NCBI GenBank assembly: GCA_964486045.1
Contig: CAZALK010000002.1
Location: 224,001 to 288,000 of the forward strand
Origin: an uncultured archaeon
GTDB taxonomy: Archaea > Asgardarchaeota > Lokiarchaeia > Sigyniarchaeales > SOKP01
Length of the DNA stretch: 64,000 bases
Direction: 5' to 3'
The position numbers and the translations under genes are program-made. The notes beneath the pieces were generated by a model that ran no database searches, had not been told where the DNA came from, and was given only the letters and a program-made list of their open reading frames with translations. This document shows, piece after piece, positions 31,647 to 42,268 of this stretch. The stretch's first letter is position 1. Each line of letters begins with the position of its first letter.

Positions 31647-33833
31647 ATGTTCATGATTTTAGCAGAAAGGAGATATGAACTTCAAGATGTCAAAAAAGGC
31701 TATGTGAATCGAACCTTATATATCAATCTTTCAAATAATGAAATTATTATTAAACCTGTTTCGGATGGGATGAAAGAGAAGTTTATAGGTGGAAAAGGTT
31801 TTGATCTGTGGCTTATGTGGAATGCCCTTCCAAAAGATAGAATAGTAAAATGGAATGATCCTATCAACGAAATTTGTATCGCGTCTGGTCCATTAGGAGG
31901 AAGTATATTTTATCCAGGATCAGGTAAAAGTATAGTAACTTCGATTTCTCCACTAACCGGGATAGTTATTGATAGTAATGTGGGGGGCTATTTTGGCCCT
32001 TACATGAAATTTTCGGGTTTTGATGCTATTGAAATACAAGGTAAGGCTGAAGAGGAGGTGTTTATTTACATTGATGGTGTTGAGGGATTAATCCAAATTG
32101 AAGCTGTAGAGGAAAATGAAAATTTTTCTGAATATTCACATGAACTTACTCAACAATTAACTGAAAGATATGCTCAAAATGAAAATGAAAAACAACGAAT
32201 TTCGGTAGTTAGTACTGGTCCTGCTGCAAAACATACGAAATGGGGGATGCTTAATTTTTCATGGTTTGTGCGAGGACGTAACTGGGCTTCATGTAAACAA
32301 GCTGGTAGAGGTGGAATTGGGACAGTGTTTACAGATAAAAATATAAAAGCTTTGGTTTGCCGAACTCCAAAGGTTACCATCAAATCAAATAATCCCGATA
32401 ATCTAGAAGCAGCAAGAGACTTAGGTAAAAAACATAGTCAAGAAGTAATTGAATTGGATCCTACTCAAAATGAAATGAGAAGAGTCGGTACCGGTCATCT
32501 TCCTGATATAATGAATGTTACCGACTTATTACCAACTGAAAATTTCAGATATGGCCGACATAAAGAAATTAGCGGAAAAGATATTCCGTATAATAGGGAA
32601 TTCATGAGAGAGATCTATTCTGGAAAAGAAGGAGCTGATGGATGCTGGTTGGGTTGTACAGTAAGTTGCTCACATTACTCAGATAATTATGAAGTCATGA
32701 CAGGCCCTTTTAAAGATCAAAAAGTAATTGTAGATGGTCCAGAATACGAAACTATAGCGGGATGTGGTTCAAATTGGGGTGTATGGGATGTTAATTGGGT
32801 ATTAGAAGTAAATTTTTATTGTGATACTTACGGTCTTGACACAATAAGTGTGGGAACAGGAATTGCATTCATTATGGAATGTTATGAAGAAGGTATCCTA
32901 AACAAAAAGATTACAGGTGGACTGGATCTTAGTTTTGGAAATGCTGAAGCTGCAATAGAATTAATACACCAAATGGCAAAGGGAGAAGGATTTGGTTTAA
33001 TTGTTGGGCAAGGTGTTAGTGAAATGAAAAAAAAATTTAAAGAAGAATATGGGGCAGATCCAAAATTTTTGCAAGACATCGGAATGGAACATAAAGGGTT
33101 AGAATTTTCTGAATATATGACAAAAGAATCTTTAGCCCAACAAGGAGGTTATGGTTTCACTAACAAAGGAAGCCACCATGATGAGGCGTGGTTAATTTTT
33201 GAGGATGTAATTAGAAACTCTATTCCCACCCTTGAGGACAAAGCAAAAGCTTTGTATTGGTTTCCACTGTGGCGTACATGGTTTAGTCTTAACGGCCTTT
33301 GTAAGCTCCCTTGGAACGATATTCAACCAAAGTCTCAAAAAGACTATCCAATTAAAGACCTTGCTACAGGAGAACTAACGCGAGCAAAAGTCCCTGATCA
33401 TGTTGAATGGTATGCCAAATATTTTTCTGCGGTAACAGGACTCAAGTCGAGTCCAACAGATCTTATAAAAATGTCCGAAGTTGTTTATAACTTTCAAAGA
33501 ATATTTAACATAAGACAAGGTAAAGGGCTTAGAGAGAATGATTCAAACTTGCCGTATAGAGCAATGGGTCCGGTTACTCAACTAGAATATGAAAGTCGTA
33601 CTGAACGGTATGATAACCAGCTGAAAGATTTAGGTTATAATATCGATAAAAAGACTACTGAAGAGAAAATAACCTTACTCCGGAAATATAGAGTAGAGCA
33701 ATATGAAAAACTTCAAGAAGCAGTTTATAAGGAACGTGGTTGGAACCAAAATGGTTGCCCTACAATCGAAAAAGTAAAAGAATTAGGAATTGATTTCGAT
33801 GATGTCATCTCAATTATTAAACCTTATCAATAA
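31647..33833 (+). CDS. aor: Tungsten aldehyde:ferredoxin oxidoreductase family
   Basis: FIGGKG, SPLTG, GRGGIG, C..GC...C, GPEYET, CDTYGLDTIS, GLCKLPW. Confidence 0.9.
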   Translation: MFMILAERRYELQDVKKGYVNRTLYINLSNNEIIIKPVSDGMKEKFIGGKGFDLWLMWNALPKDRIVKWNDPINEICIASGPLGGSIFYPGSGKSIVTSISPLTGIVIDSNVGGYFGPYMKFSGFDAIEIQGKAEEEVFIYIDGVEGLIQIEAVEENENFSEYSHELTQQLTERYAQNENEKQRISVVSTGPAAKHTKWGMLNFSWFVRGRNWASCKQAGRGGIGTVFTDKNIKALVCRTPKVTIKSNNPDNLEAARDLGKKHSQEVIELDPTQNEMRRVGTGHLPDIMNVTDLLPTENFRYGRHKEISGKDIPYNREFMREIYSGKEGADGCWLGCTVSCSHYSDNYEVMTGPFKDQKVIVDGPEYETIAGCGSNWGVWDVNWVLEVNFYCDTYGLDTISVGTGIAFIMECYEEGILNKKITGGLDLSFGNAEAAIELIHQMAKGEGFGLIVGQGVSEMKKKFKEEYGADPKFLQDIGMEHKGLEFSEYMTKESLAQQGGYGFTNKGSHHDEAWLIFEDVIRNSIPTLEDKAKALYWFPLWRTWFSLNGLCKLPWNDIQPKSQKDYPIKDLATGELTRAKVPDHVEWYAKYFSAVTGLKSSPTDLIKMSEVVYNFQRIFNIRQGKGLRENDSNLPYRAMGPVTQLEYESRTERYDNQLKDLGYNIDKKTTEEKITLLRKYRVEQYEKLQEAVYKERGWNQNGCPTIEKVKELGIDFDDVISIIKPYQ

Positions 33834-33868
33834 TTTATTTGTGACTTAATTTTCAAAAAAGATCTCAT

Positions 33869-35953
33869 ATGGAGAATATAACTACCCATCCTATACTAAA
33901 TATACCTGATAGAAAAAAGATCACATTCAATTTTGATGGACATGAATTAACAGGTTATGAAGGAATGGTTATCTCTTCAGCACTTTTTCTTAACAAAATT
34001 AAAGTGTTTGGGCACCATGTTAAGGATTCGAGTCCTCAAGGAATATTTTGTGCTAATGGTCAATGTTCACAATGTAATGTAATTGCTAATGGAATACCAG
34101 TTAAAGCCTGTTTGACTAGTCTAACAAGTGGTATGTCTATCGAAAGTTGTAATGATCTACCGGAATTACCTGCTGAAGATAATCCCGTAAGTATAGAAGA
34201 TGCAGAAATTATGGATGTTGAAGTACTTGTAATAGGGGGTGGACCTGCAGGCCTTTCAGCTGCAAAAATACTAGGGGAGCATAACTTTAATGTTATTTTA
34301 ATTGATGATAAAAACCGACTAGGTGGGAAGTTAATTCTTCAAACCCATAAATTTTTTGGTTCTCAAGAAGAAGTCTATGCCGGGAAACGAGGTATTAATA
34401 TTGCAGAATTACTTGGTAAATCTATTCAAACAATATCAACCATTCAGGTTTGGTTAAATAGTATATGTCTGGCAATTTTTAGCGATGGATTTGTTGGGGT
34501 TTTAAAGAATAAAATTGAATATGTTTTATTAAAACCGAGATATCTTTTAATTGCCACAGGGGCTCGTGAGAAGATGCTAGTTTTTTCAGGTAATACTCTT
34601 CCAGGAGTATATGGAGCTGGCGCATTTCAAACCTTAGTTAATCGTGATCTAGTTAAAGCAGCAAATAGAGTTTTCATAATTGGTGGAGGTAATGTAGGAC
34701 TAATTGCCGGTTATCATGCACTCCAAGCAGGAATTGAAGTTATTGGTTTAGTTGAAGCGATGCCTCAATGCGGGGGATATAAAGTCCATGAGGATAAACT
34801 CAGACGCTTAGGAGTTCCAATTTATATTAGCCACACAATTATATCCGCAAATGGTAAGGATAAAGTAGAATCAATAACAATAGGGCAGATTGATAAAAAT
34901 AAAAATATTATAGCTGGAACTGAAAAAACATATTTATGTGATACAATTTTAATCTCTGTAGGATTAACTCCTGTAAACGAGTTTTATAAGAAGGCTGAAG
35001 AATTTGGCTTAGAAGTTTGGGTTGCAGGGGATGCTAAAGAAATCGCTGAAGCCTCTGCTGCAATATTAACTGGTAGAATTGAAGCGTTAAAAATTTTAAG
35101 AGAAAATGGAATTCCTTTTTCAGATAGTATAAATGATCTCCAAAATTTCGCAAACTTAATGAAAACCAAACCACTTCAACCCCTTAAAAAAGAAATTCAA
35201 TTTAAAGAAGAAGGGATTTTTCCAGTATTTTATTGCACTCAAGAAATACCGTGTAATCCATGTACTTCGGTATGTGACCAAGAGCAAATTAAAACTATGG
35301 ATGATTTAATTGTCAAATTGCCATACTTTAAAGGAGAAAAAGATTGCATTGGGTGTGGAAAATGTCTTGCAGTTTGCCCCGGATTAGCAATAGTGTTACA
35401 TGATTATAGAAAAGATAAAAAAAATCCATTAGTCACCTTTCCACTAGAGCTTTCGGATACCAAACTAGAAACGGATCAAAAAATAATTGTTGTAAGTAAT
35501 AACGAAGAATTAGGAGAATTTGAAATACATAGATCTAGAATACTTAAAGAATTTCCAAAAACTCAATTAATAACCATAAAATTACCTTCAGAGTTAGCAA
35601 AAAAAGCTGTTGCTATAAAACTTGTAAGAATTAGTTATAGTGAACCCATTGAAAGTTATCAGAAATTATTTACTGAGGATGATACAATCGTCTGTAGATG
35701 TGAACGAGTCTCTGTTGGAGAGATACGAAAATGGATTATATCTGGAGTAAAAGATTTTAATGAATTAAAAGCTTTAACAAAAGCTGGAATGGGATCTTGT
35801 GGAGCAAAAACTTGTACTACACTAATTTACCAAATATTTAGAGAGGAAGGAATTCCTATTGAGGATATTACACCAGGAACAAAACGACCATTATTTATTG
35901 AAGTGTTTATGGGGACATTTGCTGGAATTAGAAAGAAAAAAGAAAGTCGATAA
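33869..35953 (+). CDS. Proline dehydrogenase/sarcosine oxidase alpha-like multidomain protein (2Fe-2S, FAD/NAD, 2x4Fe-4S, BFD-like 2Fe-2S)
   Basis: FCANGQCSQC; GGGPAG; ATGARE; CNPCTSVC and CIGCGKCLAVCP; VCRCE...GMGSCGAKTC. Confidence 0.85.
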   Translation: MENITTHPILNIPDRKKITFNFDGHELTGYEGMVISSALFLNKIKVFGHHVKDSSPQGIFCANGQCSQCNVIANGIPVKACLTSLTSGMSIESCNDLPELPAEDNPVSIEDAEIMDVEVLVIGGGPAGLSAAKILGEHNFNVILIDDKNRLGGKLILQTHKFFGSQEEVYAGKRGINIAELLGKSIQTISTIQVWLNSICLAIFSDGFVGVLKNKIEYVLLKPRYLLIATGAREKMLVFSGNTLPGVYGAGAFQTLVNRDLVKAANRVFIIGGGNVGLIAGYHALQAGIEVIGLVEAMPQCGGYKVHEDKLRRLGVPIYISHTIISANGKDKVESITIGQIDKNKNIIAGTEKTYLCDTILISVGLTPVNEFYKKAEEFGLEVWVAGDAKEIAEASAAILTGRIEALKILRENGIPFSDSINDLQNFANLMKTKPLQPLKKEIQFKEEGIFPVFYCTQEIPCNPCTSVCDQEQIKTMDDLIVKLPYFKGEKDCIGCGKCLAVCPGLAIVLHDYRKDKKNPLVTFPLELSDTKLETDQKIIVVSNNEELGEFEIHRSRILKEFPKTQLITIKLPSELAKKAVAIKLVRISYSEPIESYQKLFTEDDTIVCRCERVSVGEIRKWIISGVKDFNELKALTKAGMGSCGAKTCTTLIYQIFREEGIPIEDITPGTKRPLFIEVFMGTFAGIRKKKESR

Positions 35954-35955
35954 AA

Positions 35956-37122
35956 ATGGTTGTATATGATGTTATTATCATAGGTGCTGGAAGTATTGGT
36001 GTTCCAACAGCCTTAGCAACTGCGAAAGATGGATTGAAAACACTTGTCCTCGATTCTTTACCTTCAGTTGCTCAAGCAGATAATAAACATGCAATAGGTG
36101 GTATTAGAGCAACTCATTCAAACATAGGAAAAGCTTTATTATGCAAAAAATCAATTGAAATTTTCTCTAAATGGGAAGAAAAGTATGCAGACGACATTTG
36201 GTGGAATCAAGGAGGGTATACTTTTCTAGCTTTTAATGAAAAAGATGAAAAAATGCTGAAAGACACCGTTAAACTCCAGAAAAGTTTTGGATTGAATATT
36301 GACTTCATAACTATTGAAAAAATTAAAGAATTAATACCAGGAATCAATGATAATGGTTTATTAGGAGCAACTTATAGCCCTGAAGACGGTAATGCTTCTC
36401 CCTTATTATCTTTGCATGCATTTTTTAGACGGTCAAAGAACATTGGTGCTGAATATCGTTTTAATCAGAAAGTTATTGATATTAAAATTAAAAAAAATAC
36501 GATCGTTGGAGTTAAAACAACCAGAGCAAAGTATAAAACAAATATGGTGATAAATGCTGCGGGAGCGCAAGCAAAAAATGTAGGTAGATTAATAGGATTA
36601 AATTTACCTGTTGAGCCAGAATCTCATGAAGCAGGTATTACCGAACCTGTTAAAAAATTTTTCTCACCTATGGTTGTCGACATTAGACCGTGGATAGATA
36701 AAAAATTTGGTAATTCTAAAAATTATTATTTTTATCAAAATAATGAAGGAAAGATTATTTTCTGTTTAACTCCTAATCCAGGCATTTTAGGTAGTGATCG
36801 TAGTGAAACTTCTTCATTTTTACCTCAAATAGCGAAGAGAATGGTTCAACTTTTACCGCGTTTAAAAAATATTAAAATAAGAAGAACATGGCGCGGTTTA
36901 TATCCTATGACTCCCAGTGGAAATCCAATTATAGGCACTGTCAATAAAGTGGAAGGATATATTAATGCTGTCGGTATGTGTGGACAAGGATTTATGTTAG
37001 GACCCGGAACAGGAGAGTTAATAAGCCGTATTATATCAAATAAAACAACTCCCGGAGATACATTAATTTTGAACAATTTATCTACAGAAGATGAATTCTT
37101 TGATGGAGAGATACTAAGATAA
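35956..37122 (+). CDS. FAD-dependent oxidoreductase, DAO/proline dehydrogenase beta-like
   Basis: GAGSIG, INAAG, RTWRGLYPMTP, GMCGQGFMLGPG; 2 bp after the alpha gene. Confidence 0.85.
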   Translation: MVVYDVIIIGAGSIGVPTALATAKDGLKTLVLDSLPSVAQADNKHAIGGIRATHSNIGKALLCKKSIEIFSKWEEKYADDIWWNQGGYTFLAFNEKDEKMLKDTVKLQKSFGLNIDFITIEKIKELIPGINDNGLLGATYSPEDGNASPLLSLHAFFRRSKNIGAEYRFNQKVIDIKIKKNTIVGVKTTRAKYKTNMVINAAGAQAKNVGRLIGLNLPVEPESHEAGITEPVKKFFSPMVVDIRPWIDKKFGNSKNYYFYQNNEGKIIFCLTPNPGILGSDRSETSSFLPQIAKRMVQLLPRLKNIKIRRTWRGLYPMTPSGNPIIGTVNKVEGYINAVGMCGQGFMLGPGTGELISRIISNKTTPGDTLILNNLSTEDEFFDGEILR

Positions 37123-37296
37123 ATTTTAATTCTATAATTGTCTGAACTCAACATCTCAAGATCAGGGATTTATTACGGAAATGTTTGGATACTTTTTTGA
37201 AATTGACTTTTTCTAAGAATAAGATTTTAAGAAAGAAGTGACATTAATTAAATACTTAATTTTAAGATCACATTTATAGTATTTTGGTGGTAGTTA

Positions 37297-38478
37297 ATGA
37301 AGATATTTTTCAGTTATGCAAGTGTTGATACAACGGAATATAGGATAGAAGATATTGTTGATTTTTTAGAATTTCAGGAGGATATTGAATGTGTGTTTTA
37401 TTGGGAGCGTGATACAAAAGGAGGGGAATCCTTTGATGACTATATGAGGAACAACATTAAAAATAGCGACTTAATTATTGTTTTGTTCACTTCCAATACC
37501 GCAACGTCAATTCCAGTTTTCATAGAAATTGGGATGTCAAAAGCTTTTCAAAAACAAGTTATGCCTGTATTTGATAAAGTTGATCATATTGTGGCTGATA
37601 TGCAATCAAGTAGAGGTGTTCAATTTAATTCGAATTTTCGTATGTTTTGTGAAGATTTGTGCTTTAAAATAACGGGAAAAAGAGCCAAATTTAAAGAATC
37701 TAACCCAATGGTAGATTATCGACGCGACTTGTTTGAATCCTTTAGTTTTAATAAATCTTCATACGTAGAACCCGATGTTAGAGATGTTACCGATACCTAC
37801 AAAGAAGAAGAGAAGAACCAAAAGAAGCTTCCATTGATCAGTTATCGAATATTCGAATTTATTCTATTCGACCCTTTAAATCGAGGATCTCTTAACGTTA
37901 TTACTGCTCCTCCTGGTTCGGGCAAGTCTATATTATTAAATTCCATTACGCATGACATATTACATCAAGAGCATTTATCAAGTTACACACCTTTCACAAT
38001 AAATGCAGAAATCTTAAAACTCACCAATGATGAATTATTAGAAGAATTTTATAGATACCTATTTCCTGATACTGAAGGGAGATATTATACAAGTTTTGAA
38101 AACATAGTTAAATCTGGGAGAGGTATCATCCTTTTAGATGGCTTAAGTAAAAACCCTAATGCACATGAGTTACTTACTGACCTTCATAAATTTATCCTTA
38201 CAAACAACGCGAGGATAATTATCACTTGCAGACCGGTCATTCACGATTTTATTCGAAGTTCTCCAAAAATAAAAGAAAAAACCCACTTATATGAGCTCAA
38301 TTCATTCAAGTCATCATCTCTTTTTGAATGGGTTGTTTTAAATAAAAACAATTATGAACAAACTCGGCATCTTCAAGCGAGAGAGATTTACATAGTTTTA
38401 AGAGAACACGTTAAAGAACATGAAGAAAAAGGAGAACGAGTCTCTCTTCCATCTATGATGCAAGAATTTTCTATGTAA
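37297..38478 (+). CDS. TIR domain + NACHT-like P-loop NTPase
   Basis: KIFFSYA...FIEIGMS (TIR with Glu); APPGSGKS, ILLDGL, IIITCRP. Confidence 0.75.
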   Translation: MKIFFSYASVDTTEYRIEDIVDFLEFQEDIECVFYWERDTKGGESFDDYMRNNIKNSDLIIVLFTSNTATSIPVFIEIGMSKAFQKQVMPVFDKVDHIVADMQSSRGVQFNSNFRMFCEDLCFKITGKRAKFKESNPMVDYRRDLFESFSFNKSSYVEPDVRDVTDTYKEEEKNQKKLPLISYRIFEFILFDPLNRGSLNVITAPPGSGKSILLNSITHDILHQEHLSSYTPFTINAEILKLTNDELLEEFYRYLFPDTEGRYYTSFENIVKSGRGIILLDGLSKNPNAHELLTDLHKFILTNNARIIITCRPVIHDFIRSSPKIKEKTHLYELNSFKSSSLFEWVVLNKNNYEQTRHLQAREIYIVLREHVKEHEEKGERVSLPSMMQEFSM

Positions 38479-38606
38479 TTCTAAAACTCTTTTTTATTAC
38501 ATTTGCTTTTCCTTTCTTTTCAAGTATTCTAATTATACTTTTTAGAAAAAAGAAATTTAATTAAAATTGCAAATTTAAGAAATTAATTTAGAATAGGTAA
38601 TTTTTC

Positions 38607-39755
38607 TTAGTTATCAAGACCCAATTTAGTATAGATTGAAATCATATCACCATCCTCAATTATGTGGTTTAAATTAGCGATTTTTTGACCTGGATGTTTT
38701 GCTGAATTCCCCCATATTTGTGAAAACCGAAAATCTTGTACAAATCTTTTATGAATCTTACGACAAAGAGTTTCCATTGTGTCTCCTCTATGAAGAATTA
38801 TAGGCTCATCCAAATCTGCTTCTTTTTTAGGAGGTTTCAGATAAACTCGAATTAAATTCAATTCTTGGAAAATTCGATGGCGAAGAGCATTTATATTTTC
38901 TTTCTTTTTTGCTGAAATCATAACCCAATGATTGTGTCCAATAGATTCAGTGATTTCTTCTGGTAAGAGTGGAATCTTCATCAAATCTACTTTATTAATA
39001 ACAACAAATTCTTTTGTATAAACCCGATTTCCCATTACAAAATCAATTAGTTGATCTGGTGTAGTATTTGGTTCAGAAAAATGCACTCCTGCATTACGTA
39101 AACCTAATTCATTTAATAAAGCTTTAACCTCATTTTGGTCCATTAATTGAGGACCTTTTGAGGCGAAGTGAATACCACCTCGATTTTGTTCTTTAATAGA
39201 AATACGTGATGGTCGACTATTTAAACGTATTCCCGCATTATTAAGTTCATTCCTAATTTTTTTTAAATCTAGAAAATTGATGGTTCCATCTTCTCGAAAG
39301 CAAATAATTATTAGAACCAATTCAGCTGACCGTACAGCGCCTAAGACTTCTTTCCCTTTCCCCTTTCCGGTTGCTGCCCCTAATATGATACCTGGTAGAT
39401 CTATCAGCTGAATTTTAGCATCTTCAATATCCATCATACCGGGGATAGCGGTTATTGTAGTGAAATTATAAGCTGCCACTTTTGAATGAGTATCTCCTTC
39501 AGTCAACAAGTTAAGCAATGATGATTTCCCAACAGAGGGAAATCCAATGAAAGCGACTTGAGCATCTCCCGATTTCTTAATCCCAAAGCCACCACCACCA
39601 CCCTTTTTAGAACTTACAATCTTAATTAAGCTTTCTCGTAGCTTGGCTAATTGTGCTTTAATAAAATTTATACTTTTTTGTGTAGCTTTGTTTACTTTGG
39701 TGGCGGCCAATCGTTCTTCTAATTCTTTTATTCGATCTTCTACTTTTTCACTCAT
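38607..39755 (-). CDS. drg: DRG/Rbg-family GTPase with TGS domain
   Basis: NKAT, GFPSVGKS, YNFTT, DLPG, NKVD, IWGNSAKHPGQ. Confidence 0.9.
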   Translation of the reverse strand: MSEKVEDRIKELEERLAATKVNKATQKSINFIKAQLAKLRESLIKIVSSKKGGGGGFGIKKSGDAQVAFIGFPSVGKSSLLNLLTEGDTHSKVAAYNFTTITAIPGMMDIEDAKIQLIDLPGIILGAATGKGKGKEVLGAVRSAELVLIIICFREDGTINFLDLKKIRNELNNAGIRLNSRPSRISIKEQNRGGIHFASKGPQLMDQNEVKALLNELGLRNAGVHFSEPNTTPDQLIDFVMGNRVYTKEFVVINKVDLMKIPLLPEEITESIGHNHWVMISAKKKENINALRHRIFQELNLIRVYLKPPKKEADLDEPIILHRGDTMETLCRKIHKRFVQDFRFSQIWGNSAKHPGQKIANLNHIIEDGDMISIYTKLGLDN

Positions 39756-39901
39756 TCCAAATAAATAAAACTACATTAACCAAAAAATTTTTCTTAAATT
39801 GTATAACAATACGGTTTTTCAATAAGTACTTTTTTGTCTTATGGTTTATTATTAAAAATAATGTTTAACGATGGAATAAGCACATAAAGTTGAATTCAAA
39901 A

Positions 39902-41191
39902 ATGGTTGATATAAAAGAAATTTTTGAAGAAGTCGATAATTTAGAAACAGATGATGTTATGGATTTAATGAGGGTTCTTATAAACATTAATACAGTCGTC
40001 CCTCCGGGTAGAAATTATCGTGAGTATGTTGATGCGATTTCACCATATTTCAATGACTTAAGTTATTCATTGGAAGAAGTAATAGTACCAGAAGAGTTAA
40101 TTCAAGAGATTCCGCTTGATCTAATAGGTCCACGAGTAAATTTATTGGCAAAAAAAGATTTTGGTCAAGAAAAATGGGTAAATTTTTATGGACACATGGA
40201 TGTTGTGCCGGCACCAAATAGTGGGGTTGGAAAATGGCAATCTCCACCATTTGAAGCTGAAATCTTAGACAACGGAGAAATCTATGGTCGGGGTGTTGCT
40301 GATATGAAAGGATCTATGGTCTGCTTAATACTAGCGCTTCAAATAATAGAAAGATTAAATCTCAATCCTTTGTTTAATGTCCTTGTTATGAATTGTACAG
40401 ATGAAGAGATTGGTGTTTGGCCAGGAGTAAAATATTTAGCAGAAAAAGGTTATATAGAAGGAACAGTTTATTGCATGGAAGGAAGAATCTATCCTATTAT
40501 ACTTTCTGGAGCTGCAGGAAATTTAGATGTCATCGTTGAAACTATCGGAGTAAGTTGTCATTCCGGAATGAATTATTTAGGAGTGAATGCATTGGAAGAA
40601 ATGGTTCCAATTTTAGTAGAACTTATGGAACTCAAGAAGATTGTAGAAAAACGCGAAAGTATAGATGCTTCTGGTCCACCAAATATTAAAACAGGGAAAA
40701 AATGTAATTTAACGCCAATGTTTAATCTGGATATTATTCGATCAGGTGAGAAATCAAATATTGTTCCGGATTTATGCAAATTAGTTATTAACAGAAGAAT
40801 AATCCCTGATGAGAAATATTCAGAAGTAAAACAAGAAATTATTGATGCTATTGAAAGGGGGAAAAAAAAAAGTAAAGCAGTTGATGTGGAAGTAACATTT
40901 AATTATTCATACCCTCCTCTTAAGATAGACACAAATAGCCCGGGGATAAAAAGAATGAAAAAAGTCTTGAATCTAGTGCATGGTATTCCTGAAGAAAAAA
41001 TTATCTCGATGGGAATGGGTGGATCATTAGACATGAGTTTTATCACCCAAATCTTAAACACTCAGGATATTATAATTCATGGTGTAGGAACTAAAGATTC
41101 TAATATACATGGGGTGAATGAAAATATAAAATTGGATGATGTAAAAATTTATATTAAAGAAATATTAGCGTTCTTATTAGTTGAGTTTTAG
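39902..41191 (+). CDS. M20 metallopeptidase/deacylase
   Basis: GHMDVVP, GRGVADMKG, DEE, NIHGVNE; directly upstream of arcB. Confidence 0.85.
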   Translation: MVDIKEIFEEVDNLETDDVMDLMRVLININTVVPPGRNYREYVDAISPYFNDLSYSLEEVIVPEELIQEIPLDLIGPRVNLLAKKDFGQEKWVNFYGHMDVVPAPNSGVGKWQSPPFEAEILDNGEIYGRGVADMKGSMVCLILALQIIERLNLNPLFNVLVMNCTDEEIGVWPGVKYLAEKGYIEGTVYCMEGRIYPIILSGAAGNLDVIVETIGVSCHSGMNYLGVNALEEMVPILVELMELKKIVEKRESIDASGPPNIKTGKKCNLTPMFNLDIIRSGEKSNIVPDLCKLVINRRIIPDEKYSEVKQEIIDAIERGKKKSKAVDVEVTFNYSYPPLKIDTNSPGIKRMKKVLNLVHGIPEEKIISMGMGGSLDMSFITQILNTQDIIIHGVGTKDSNIHGVNENIKLDDVKIYIKEILAFLLVEF

Positions 41192-41279
41192 CACGTTATA
41201 AACTATCAAAAATTAGATCGAAGAGGATTCAAAAAAAGGATTAAAACAAATAAATATTAAAAAAAACATGTGATTAGTT

Positions 41280-42212
41280 ATGGTTCGACATTTATTAAAA
41301 ATTTCAGATTTTTCAAAAGTTGAATGTGAAGAAGTTATAGATAAAGCAATTGAGATCAAGAACAACCCTAAAAAATTTTATAATTTACTAGAAGGAGAAA
41401 CCCTTTTAATGCTATTCGAAAAACCTTCCTTAAGAACTCGAATATCTTTTGAGACTGGGATGCAACAATTGGGTGGTCATGCAATTTTTTACTCAATAAA
41501 GGATTCACCTTTAGGTAAAAAGGAAAACATTTCTGATACAGCAAAGGTTGTTTCTAGATTTGTAAATATAATTGCTGCTCGTGTTTTTAAACGTCAAGAT
41601 ATCTGGGATCTCGCTAAACATGCAGGTATTCCCGTAATCAATATGCTTGATGATTTTGCTCATCCCTGCCAAATTCTTGGTGATTTTCAAACAATAAAAG
41701 AAAAGATGGGGCGACTTGACAATTTTAAATTATCTTATTTCGGAGATGCATATAATAATGTTACTTATGATTTGATGCGAATGTCTGCCTTATTTGGTAT
41801 ACGAATGGATGTTGCTTGCCCTAATGGCTCTGAATATTCTCCTGAGCAAATAGTTTTAGATGAAGTTGAAGAGATTTCTAAAAAAACTAGTGCTGTTGTA
41901 CGAGTTATTCATGATGTGACCCAAGGTGCAAAGGAAGCCGATGTAATCTACACAGATAGCTGGATGAGTTACGGAATACCACAAGAACAAGAAGAAATAC
42001 GGAAAAAAGCTTTTATGCCTTTTCAAGTTACATCATCAGTTATGAAAGCAGCAAAATCAAATGCAATTTTTATGAATTGTTTACCGGCAATGAGGGGATA
42101 TGAACAAACTACTGAAGTAATTGATAGCCCCCAATCTATTGTTTTTGATCAAGCAGAAAATAGATTGCATATTCAGAAAGCTATAATGCTATTTTTACGA
42201 GAAAAATTTTAG
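41280..42212 (+). CDS. arcB: Ornithine carbamoyltransferase (catabolic context)
   Basis: KPSLRTR, HPCQ, YTDSWMSY, NCLP, QAENR. Confidence 0.93.
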   Translation: MVRHLLKISDFSKVECEEVIDKAIEIKNNPKKFYNLLEGETLLMLFEKPSLRTRISFETGMQQLGGHAIFYSIKDSPLGKKENISDTAKVVSRFVNIIAARVFKRQDIWDLAKHAGIPVINMLDDFAHPCQILGDFQTIKEKMGRLDNFKLSYFGDAYNNVTYDLMRMSALFGIRMDVACPNGSEYSPEQIVLDEVEEISKKTSAVVRVIHDVTQGAKEADVIYTDSWMSYGIPQEQEEIRKKAFMPFQVTSSVMKAAKSNAIFMNCLPAMRGYEQTTEVIDSPQSIVFDQAENRLHIQKAIMLFLREKF

Positions 42213-42234
42213 ACTTAAATAAAATTTCTCTAAA

Positions 42235-42268
42235 TTTATGTATGTGTATGTATATGTGTATACATATG
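42235..42268 (+). promoter_or_regulatory. TATGTR tandem repeats with near-palindrome, candidate VapB operator
   Basis: TATGTATGTGTATGTATATGTGTATACATATG abuts the vapB ATG. Confidence 0.45.
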
